A DNA stretch of 44,595 nt from Craspedostauros australis (Eukaryota), in contig JALAGF010006634.1 in NCBI GenBank assembly GCA_030167865.1, forward strand, positions 1 to 44,595, given 5' to 3'. A program made the translations under genes and the position numbers. This document shows, piece after piece, positions 1 to 9,097 of the stretch. Every line of letters starts with the position of its first letter. Position 1 is the stretch's first letter. Below the pieces are notes generated by a model. It saw nothing but the letters and a program-made list of their open reading frames with translations, did no database searches and was not told the origin of the DNA.

Positions 1-236
1 TGGTGATGTCCGAATGTGAGAGTGTCTTGATGTGCCAGTGTGAGGACGTGCTGATGTCCAAATGTGAGAGTCTGTTTTTGTGCGAGTTCGAGGATGTGCT
101 GATGTGCTGATGTGCTGATGTGCTGATGTGAGAGTGTCTTGGTGTGCAAGTGCAAGGATGTGCTGATGTCCAAATGTGAGAGTGTCTTGATGTGCGAGTG
201 CAAGGATGTGCTGATGTTCGAATGTGTTGATGTTGG
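1..236. repeat. 48-bp degenerate tandem repeat with an internal (TGCTGATG)x4 run; truncated by the window edge
   Basis: Units like TGCTGATGTCCAAATGTGAGAGTGTCTTGATGTGCGAGTGCAAGGATG at 1-48, 49-96 and 161-208, with partial copies at 129-160 and 209-236. The 8-mer run is at 97-128. Confidence 0.85.
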
Positions 237-481
237 ATTGTGTGGGTGAGTGTTGTGTTTTTTATGGCAGCAATGATTTGTTCGAGTGGGTTGTTTTGAC
301 ATGTTGAGAGGCAATACCACTGCAAGCCTTGTTTGGTGACGCTGCTCTGTGGGTGTTTGGTTGCCTCTGTTCTTCCAGTGCGCTGAAACAAACCAGCACG
401 GTCGTGCGCTCCATTGCGATGCAAATTCCTTCCTTCGTGGCCATGCGTACGTGCAGAACCGGCGCAGTTCCATCGCAGCGA

Positions 482-692
482 CGCATTCCGCATCAGTGGT
501 CGTGGATGATTTCGAATGCTGCGAAAAGACCAAGCAGGGCCGGACAGTCCGTTGGCGCGGTCGAATACCACATGGTGAGACGAAACCGAATACATTGAAG
601 TTTCGCATTCCGCGGAAGTATTCGCGTGTGACTTGGAAAGTCGCAAAAAGACCGAGCAGGATCGGACAGTCCGTTGGTTCGGTTGAATACGA
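482..692. repeat. Two-copy imperfect direct repeat, 122-bp period
   Basis: CGCATTCCGC occurs at 482 and 604. AAAAGACC(A/G)AGCAGG..CGGACAGTCCGTTGG..CGGT.GAATAC occurs at about 524-568 and 646-690. Confidence 0.75.
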
Positions 693-1269
693 CCTAGTAG
701 GAATGGGCTCGGAACCACGTCGCAGTGTACAACCACACTAAATAGCGTCGCAGCGAACCCAAAACGCGACATGTTGGTCCCAAATGGCACTTTGAAAGAC
801 TTTGATAGCCCCAATAGTGTCACTCGCTGCACAATAATTGACAAGAATGGGTCTAAGTAATGCTGTTCTTGGTCGAAATCGACACCAAGGCATAAAATAG
901 TCTCAACATTACGTCAATTGGCGCAGAAAGGGGCTAACAAATGCCCAAATGGTGTTGCTCGAACCGTTCATCCTGAAACTGCCTGTTCAGAACTGCCACA
1001 ACCAAAACATCATTCCTGGCACATCCGGACGCAGGGAGCAATCCGTTCAAAACTGCAGTGTATGTACAAACAGACCAACATGTTGGGCGAATGCGCCAAA
1101 GGCGACGCAGTCGAAACACTGTTTCGGTCCGGCCAACGCAGAAAAAATGGCACAAATGAGAACATGTTCCACGATTCAACGGCGAGATGGAAAAAACGGT
1201 GCGAATGTCCGAGGGAAACAGTAACAGACGAATTTCGCACAGGACGAATAAATGTGACAAAGCGCTTCC

Positions 1270-2790
1270 GGTCTTCATCTGTGTGTATGCGTGCACCGGT
1301 CTTGTTCCTTCGTTTGGATTTAACCTGTCTGTTCTTACTGACATTGTGCATGTGACAAGTTCGCACGATCAACCCTGCGCGCCATGACGCCATACCCTGT
1401 TTGTTGCAACCGTACTAGACACGACATGAAGAACACATCATCCCACGTACAACATCACTCGCGCACCATCCGACATGATCCTCCTGCTCTTGGTCTGTTT
1501 CTGTGTGTGCCGGTAATTTTTGTTCGTCTCGATTGAACCGGTCTGTTCTTGCCGACGTTGCACATGTGACAAGTTTGCACGATCGACCCTCTGTGTGCCA
1601 TGAGTCCACACCCTGTTTGTTGCAACCGTACTAGACACGACATGAAGAACGCATCATCCTACGTACAACATCACTCGCGCACCATCCAACATGATCTTTC
1701 TGATCTTTGTCCGTTTCTGTGTGTGCTGGTCTTTTTCGTTCGTTTCGGTTGAACCTGTCTGTTCTTACCGACTTTGTGCATGTGACAAGTTTGCACNATC
1801 GACCCTGTGCTCGATTACTACATACCCTGTTTGTTGCAACCGTACTAGACACGACATGAAGAACACATCATTGTGCATACAACATCACTTGCGCACCATC
1901 CGACATGGTCCTCCTTCTCTTTGTCTGTTTCTGTGTGTGCTGGTCTTTTTCGTTCGTTTCGATTTAGCCTATCTCTTCTTACTGACGTTGTGCATGTGAC
2001 AAGTTTGCACGATTGACCCTCTGTGTGCCATGACGCCATACCCGGTTTGTTTCAGGAACACTGCACAGAGACATGCCAGAAACGACGTGCGGAACAACAA
2101 ATTATCCCACGTACAACATCACTCATGCACCATCCGACACGGTCCTCCTGCTCTTGGTCTGTTTCTGTGTGTGCCGGTAATTTTTGTTCGTCTCGATTGA
2201 ACCGGTCTGTTCTTGCCGACGTTGCACATGTGACAAGTTTGCACGATCGACCCTCTGTGTGCCATGAGTCCACACCCGGTTTGTTTCAGCAATACTGCAC
2301 AGAGACATGCCAGAAACGACGTGTGGAACAACAAATTATCCCACATACAACATCACCCACACATCATCCGACACGATCCTCCTGCTCTTCGTCTGTGTGT
2401 ATGCGTGCGCCGGTCTTTTTTGTTCGTTTCGATTGAATCTGTCTGTTCTTGCCGACGTTGCACATGTGGCAAGTTCGCACGATCGACCCTGTGTGCCATG
2501 ACGCCATGGCGGGTTTGTTTCACCAACACTGCACAGAGACATGCCAGAAACGACGTGCGGAACAACAAATCATCCCACATACAACGTCGATCGCGCACCA
2601 TCCGCCACGTCCCTCCTTCTCTTTGTCTGTTTCTGTGTGTGCTGGGTCTTTTTGTTTGTTTTGATTTAGCCTATCTGTCCGTACTTGTTCATGTTGCACA
2701 TGTTACTACTTTGTATGGTTGGCCCTGTGCGCCATGACTCCATACCCGGTTTGTTGGGACAATACTGCACAGACATGAGGCCCACGTACA
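1270..2790. repeat. Tandem array of about 7 units (214-236 bp) in two subtypes, directly upstream of the transposase
   Basis: The anchor ATGTGACAAGTT(C/T)GCAC or a variant recurs at 1350, 1564, 1780, 1994, 2228, 2464 and 2700 (degenerate). Periods are 214, 216, 214, 234, 236 and 236. The first three units carry GTTGCAACCGTACTAGACACGACATGAAGAAC; the next three carry CTGCACAGAGACATGCCAGAAACGACGTG. Confidence 0.95.
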
Positions 2791-3064
2791 GAATTGCGCG
2801 GGCAGAATCAAACACAGCACATCCAACCCTCCTCTGTGTCCGTGAATGCACTGCGTTTTTTGCCAGTCCGAACCAACACAAATGGCGAATGCCAACAAGC
2901 CGCACAACATGCTAAATTTTGCATGTTCTTGTGTGTTCAGAACAAATCAACAATAGCAGCACTTGCCCTGCATGTTTTCCTCTCTCTGTTGCTGAATTTC
3001 ATAGTTCACTGCTTGATGTCACAATTTTGTCCTCCATCCTGTTGGTACATCAAGGCACATCAGA

Positions 3065-4599
3065 ATGGCATCAGAGACAACAGAGACAGCCATTGCATGC
3101 AAGGGAATGGAGCTTCTGGGACAAGCGTTTGAGCCTAGACTCCAGACTCCACCATCGTACGGCGTGCAAACATGTTTCCGAAGCAACTTCGGAACCCACA
3201 CCAAAGTGGCAGCCATGGCGTGGGACAGACTGAATGAGGAGGACTTACTGCCGTGGAATGCAACAATGGAGCACCTGCTGTGCGCTCTCATGTTTCTCAA
3301 ACAATATTCGACATGGGGCGTGCTGGCAGGGCAAATGGGAAAGGATGTGAAAACTATACAGAAGTGGACCTGGATTATTCTTCGTGCGTTGGGTCTCCTC
3401 AGCCGTGAACTTGTAAGTGGCACAACTTTGGAACATCAACATCCAGACTGCAACATACACAATGCAATTGATGAGCAGCATGCCTTACGTCTCACATTCT
3501 CTTTATCTTCCAATGTTCACATGTGTTCATCCTATCCCAGATATGTTTTGAAGATCGGAAAATGGGATGTGCACCAGGAACTACAACAATGGCATCTGTA
3601 GATGGCACTGACTTCCCCATCATGGAGCCTGTTTTGTATGATCCAGGCTGGTATTCCCACAAATTTCAAGCTGCAGGGCTCCGATACGAAACTTGCGTTT
3701 CCATTGCAAAAGGGCACCTTGTGTGGGTGGATGGACCATATCCTTGTGGGGAGTGGCCGGACATCAAAATTTATCGAGAGAAGCTCCTACATGAGTTGGA
3801 TCCTTTCGAACAGGTCATTGCAGACCGTGGGTACAGAGGTGAGCGAAGCTGCTGCTTGGATCGCACTCGACGCAATGGTGTGATTCGTGCACGCCATGAA
3901 ACCGTACACAAAAGGTTCAAGAACTGGAAGTGCCTGAAGCAAAAATGGCGGCACTTACTGGAGAAGCACCAGTATGCAATGTACTCGGTNNNNNNNNNNN
4001 NNNNNNNNNNNNNNNNNNNNNNNNNNNNNNNNNNNNNNNGTTTTGAAGATCGGAAAATGGGATGTGCACCAGGAACTACAACAATGGCATCTGTAGATGG
4101 CACTGACTTCCCCATCATGGAGCTTGTTTTGTATGATCCAGGCTGGTATTCCCACAAATTTCAAGCTGCAGGGCTCCGATACGAAACTTGCGTTTCCATT
4201 GCAAAAGGGCACCTTGTGTGGGTGGATGGACCATATCCTTGTGGGGAGTGGCCGGACATCAAAATTTATCGAGAGAAGCTCCTACATGAGTTGGATCCTT
4301 TCGAACAGGTCATTGCAGACCGTGGGTACAGAGGTGAGCGAAGCTGCTGCTTGGATCGCACTCGACGCAATGGTGTGATTCGTGCACGCCATGAAACCGT
4401 ACACAAAAGGTTCAAGAACTGGAAGTGCCTGAAGCAAAAATGGCGGCACTTACTGGAGAAGCACCAGTATGCAATGTACTCGGTTGCCGCAATCACGCAA
4501 TTGGAACTGAAACATACAAATCCGCTGTTTAACCTCACCGAAACGATGGGGGTCATCAGAGAGATGGACGATTGGTTGGATTCCCTGGTGGAACCGTAA
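3065..4599 (+). CDS. PIF/Harbinger (DDE_Tnp_4-like) transposase, 2 exons, about 303 aa after removing the gap duplication
   Basis: Exon 1 is 3065-3412 with an HTH-like segment HLLCALMFLKQY...KTIQKW. A phase-0 intron runs 3413-3540 (GTAAGT...CCCAG). Exon 2 starts at 3541 and has the catalytic motifs VDGTD, YSHK, IADRGY and RARHETV. Confidence 0.9.
3990..4039. other. 50-N scaffold gap flanked by a 445-bp duplicated overlap
   Basis: Positions 3545-3989 are repeated at 4040-4484 (offset 495). One difference was seen: 3629 C versus 4124 T (Pro versus Leu). Confidence 0.95.
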
Positions 4600-6009
4600 G
4601 AATAAGCAATACTCACATGCAACAAAACAACAAACTTTAAATAGCAACAACAACCATCACTTTTCAATCTATTCGTCACCGGAACTGCTGGAAAGTTGAT
4701 GCAGTTGGCTGCACCAACAGACAAGTATCCCAGGCCAAACCAAGGTGGACTGAAGGAGCGATCCTTGTCTCCAAAGGTAAGGACAAGGACAAGGAGAAGA
4801 AACAGAGGCACGAAGCAGTTTGTATGCAATCATGATTGTGTTGTTGACAAACACATGGGGGAACAAGAAGAAGCTGCTTGTACAACATAAGAACAACAAC
4901 TATGCATATAGCCTGGTAGTTTTGGACTCCTGCATCCAACAAATCCGGCACATCATGCAACCATCAAGGTCCATGGAGATGGGGGCTGAGCTCGTTGTTA
5001 CAGGTCTCAGCATCCTGAAGCAAGGCAGCACTCCATCAGAAGGAAGCAACTACATGTCAATCGACATCATCAAGGAAGCTTGGCAAGGAGCAGGCTGAGA
5101 CGGCCTGATATGGACTGCACGGTTCGACTGTGGAGAAAGCATGGTCGAAACCCTGCCAGGTCATCAGAGCGCCGCAAACCCTTCCACTGGCAAACCAAAG
5201 TGACTCGCGAGCTGTGACACGTGACATTACAACAATGGTCAGGCCTAAATCACCTCCTCCTCGAAGAAGGCCAGTGCAGCATCATGTTGCAGTGCATGGA
5301 CACCTATTGCCAAGCCTTTGCAGAGCTGCCTCGAAGATCTATGCTTACCCACCGTGTGTAAGCTGGCTCTGCACCTAGCAGGAGCCAGGACGACTCTAGC
5401 AGGCCAGCTTCTTGCCATGACACATGGCAAGCCATATATGGAGGCCACAGTTGGTCCAGAGCATGGAGCATGGCTGCACCGTTCACCATCTGCATCCAAC
5501 ATCCTCCAGCGTGACCACACGCCCGGCATGCCTCACACGAGTCACTGCAATGGCAGCTGGCACTGCCACGTGTGTCTCCCGCATGTATGTAATGTATGTA
5601 CAGGCATATGCAATGGCATGCAACCACACGGCAAGGCAAGACCTGCCAACAATATCCATTCCCACTGAATGGTTCATGTGGAATGAACATGGCGGTACGA
5701 AAGCACCGGTGGCACATAGTTTTGGAATACAGTCTATATGGTACAACAATAACAGAAACTATCTGTACACAGCATGCACGGGGAGGAAGAGAGAAGCAGC
5801 TTGCATTGTTTGTATGGTGGGCTGGACCACTATTAGTTGTTACAGGGTGGTGGTAAGGTGTGGATGCAAATTATGGACGAAGTTGCAATGGGGGATGGGC
5901 TTGTTCTCCCAAACCCAAAGCAAGTCACAAAAATACGAGGAAAGCAGCAGCAGACCCTGTGAAATGGCTGATTCCAACGAACAGCAGGAAAATCTGGAAA
6001 ATAGCAACA

Positions 6010-7162
6010 ATGGACCCACTTTCTATTCTTTCTGAGTCGCAATTCGCAAAAAACGCCGTTTTCCCTTCCCCCCTGAGCCAAGCGATACCCATACCACCAA
6101 GGCTGAGTTCCCTTGTTCACGCGATGCGTGATTCGGTCGTGTTCGTATGTTGTCCGCACATGCGCACGCAAGTATTTTGGACCAACAAAGGCCCATCAAA
6201 CAAACAGCCGACCAGTATCTCAGTGATGTCACCCTTGCGTCCACCGAAGGAGAAAACTTAGGAACAGTAAAGAAATCCTGTGACATCTGGACAAGAACCG
6301 TTGGAAGCCATTGCCGTCAGCGATATCCGACGACCTATCGATTGGGCCAGACATGTGGACATTCAACCTCGTGGGTGGTGGCGATGTCGCGACCGACGTT
6401 GCGGACAATGTTGCGATTTTGGAGTTGCCATCGAGCCTTTGGTTGTTGTATCGACATGCGCTAGCCGTACCAAAGGGAGAGAGAGTGCTGGTGCAGTTTC
6501 GTGGTCGAGTTCCCTTTCGTTGTGTCGTCCAACCGTCGCTGTTGCCTTCGATGTGCACCCGTGCGGACGACCACGTGTGGATTCCGGCCAGGATTGCGAA
6601 GATTCGCAACGAGGACGAGATCCTGACATACTTGTGGTACCGCACGCACCATTCCCACATGTGAGAGCGCTCTCGGGTCGAGCAAGAGCGATGTTACTGC
6701 GCTGTAACAGTGACCAAGCCCATCTCAGTCCAAGTCCCCCAGAGCAGTCCCATGGTGGCGCTGTCCCGAAGAAGCGAAGATCAATCTGTTGCGCCAAGCG
6801 TTCCGCATTCCGAGGCCCACAAATGTACCATACAACTCCTCGAAGCAGTCAATGAACATCCATAAGCTGCGTGCTTCTTCGTAGAGAGATGAATGCCACT
6901 CGTCGTGAGGACTCAACTCTCTACAATAGTGTGCACCATTGCATGAGAGCACTCCACTCCACTCTTCCGCAAACTCACCATGGACATGTACATGGTCTTC
7001 TTCCGTACGAGTATTTACCTGCTTGCTATATTCACCCATCCACATTCCTTCGCGTTGATGCTGTTTTGCGCATGCCATGTGCACGAATCTTCACAGCCAA
7101 CACTCGAAGGCGTCAAGTCGTTCTGTGCGGACTGCGGCACCTGGCAATACCATCTACTCTAA
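6010..7162 (+). pseudogene. Possible decayed protein-coding gene of unknown family
   Basis: Protein-like reading from ATG 6010 (MDPLSILSESQF...) continues after a frameshift as RRKLRNSKEIL*HLDKNRWKPLPS...VWIPARIAKIRNEDEILTYLWY and reads past the TGA at 6662. Several stops and frame changes are present. Confidence 0.3.
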
Positions 7163-7255
7163 CACTATATATTATTTTATGATATCATATTCGTCGCGCT
7201 CTATCGAAGCGTGACTATCATCATGGATTCCGTCGTAAGGGTATTTCACAGCGCA

Positions 7256-7672
7256 TCACTCAAGTCCTGCAGCCTCTGTTTGTTCACCCGCATCAACATC
7301 GAACGATGAGAAACTGGTATCGAGAATCTCTTGCGACTCGTTTGTGGGGCTTGGTGCTGCACGGCGGCTGTTGTTGCCGCTGCCGTGAACGTGATCATGG
7401 GAGACGATTTCCTCATCAGACCTTTCTCTTTCGCACGCCAGTACCAACTCGCAGCCTTCATTGCGCTCGGCGGGAGCACCGTCAGATTGGGTACAAGCAC
7501 GATCTTCGCCCAGGATTTCGAGGGCATTGTCCAGAAGCCTCAGCAGCCCCGCCTTGTCGAGCGGCGGAATGACAACCAAATTTGCTGCCCCGGTGGAGCA
7601 GCCACCGATCAGGTTCGTCGTTGTGACGCCGTTGTAGCGCATCGTGCGGAGAAATGGTTCCGATCGCGTCAT
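7256..7672 (-). CDS. Hypothetical protein, 138 aa
   Basis: ATG-initiated ORF with an acidic C-terminus and a CA-rich upstream leader. No recognisable domain. Confidence 0.3.
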   Translation of the reverse strand: MTRSEPFLRTMRYNGVTTTNLIGGCSTGAANLVVIPPLDKAGLLRLLDNALEILGEDRACTQSDGAPAERNEGCELVLACERERSDEEIVSHDHVHGSGNNSRRAAPSPTNESQEILDTSFSSFDVDAGEQTEAAGLE

Positions 7673-9097
7673 TGTGTGCTTTCTGCGAGTCGAACAGAGC
7701 GATTGGATTCAACAAGTATTGGTCCGAGTAGTTCGTGCCAAACTCCCACAACACGAGATGAGTTGTGCTGTGCTGTGTTGTGCTGTGTTGATAGTCTGGA
7801 CGTGTGCAGTTGTGGCCAACGCCGCAGTGTTGTGCTGATTTCGCGATCGCAGTGCCGTAGCTCTTGGGCGTACGAGTATGTATGGCAAGGTTGCAATGTG
7901 CTCCCTTTGTTGGGTTGATCGGGCTGGCTGCGTGGCTGAATGATGGATGGATGGATGGATGGATTGATGAAGAATACAGATTATGAGATGATGACACAAG
8001 TACGAGTGTGTATGGTACAAGTCCTCTGCAAGTTTGCGAAGCAACACAGATCACAGGCAATGACCGACGTGCGCCGTGCCTGTGGTTCTCTCGCAATGCC
8101 TTCTTTGTTGCCGCTGCTTGCCTTGCCCAGTGGATGTCGCCATGTTGGTCTGTCACCTCATCTCCAGCCCTACCCCGGGATGCATTTTTCTGCCTTGGTC
8201 TCCCCAGAGGTGGATGCATTCGGTTGTCCAGAGGGTGTGAGAATGCCCAAGGGTTCACGTTGTGTGAGCGAAGCAATCTCGAGTCGCTCGTGGCTCTTTC
8301 GGACGGCGAAAAGGTATCTTCGCTTGCCTTGGGTGGCAGCGTCCAGGTACGTAGTTCTGACGTTGTCCCGTCGTCTTGGTGATCGCAGGATAAGCGGTGA
8401 GTTCAGCAGTTCTCGTCGGATCCGATCGTCGGTGCCGATCACTCGAATGACGCATCTGCGATGGTGCCATACGCACCAATGCGTGTGCCCAGGAAGATCG
8501 TGTTGGTGCATTCCGCCGGGGGTGGTCCAGCGAACTTGCACTGGGCGTTGTCCCCTCTTGCGAACATCCGAAGGTTCGACAACTGTGAGGTGACAATGTG
8601 ATAAAATGACGTTGGTCGAAGCTCCGGAGTTGATACGCACATTCCCAAAGCACAAGGACACAGGGGCGCGGGTGTGCCGACACAGGACCGTGCCAGGTGA
8701 AGGGTAGCATAGTAGTAGTAGCCATGGCACTCGGTCCATGCTGCCATCGCCGTCCACGGCTGTTCCGTTCCAGACGCAGATGACCACAACACTTCGCGAC
8801 GAGAACGTACGAAGGCCGGAACGTGACAAAAAGAGAAGCATGACGATGGACGGCGCCCGGTCGCATTTGCAGAAGTTCCGCAGAAGGATTCAAGGCAATG
8901 GAGGGACGGGAAGTCTCTCACCACCATTTCGCATGGACTGGAAGCCACCGGCGAAGAAGGCTGCTGAGCGTATGTCATGGTACAATCAGAACAATAGTTG
9001 TTTCAAAATTGAGAAATTAGTGATCGACCAGTGGTGCGTGCGCGCGTATATGATTTGTTTTGGAGCAATAACTTGTGCATTTTATTCCAAAGCATCG

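Larger units (their letters stand above)
1270..4650 (+). mobile_element. PIF/Harbinger-like DNA transposon locus 1 (termini not identified)
   Basis: DDE_Tnp_4-type transposase, an upstream repeat array and CpG-poor surrounding sequence. No TIR or TSD was recognised, so the boundaries are approximate. Confidence 0.65.

Noticed and set aside
1270..2790. CRISPR-like array interpretation of the tandem repeats, and the many short repeated ORFs inside it
   Set aside because: The units are over 200 bp, alignable along their length and lack unique spacers. No cas genes are present. Unit lengths are mostly not multiples of 3, so the ORFs are by-products.
4669..5750. Possible accessory gene downstream of transposase 1
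   Set aside because: The frames examined on both strands have multiple stops, and no similarity to the locus 2 accessory protein was visible.
5841..5849. TACAGGGTG resembling a Tc1/mariner TIR start
   Set aside because: No matching inverted copy or mariner transposase was found.
7940..8978. Cluster of overlapping ORFs of about 200 aa
   Set aside because: No recognisable domain, codon bias or consistent frame, so no gene can be supported.
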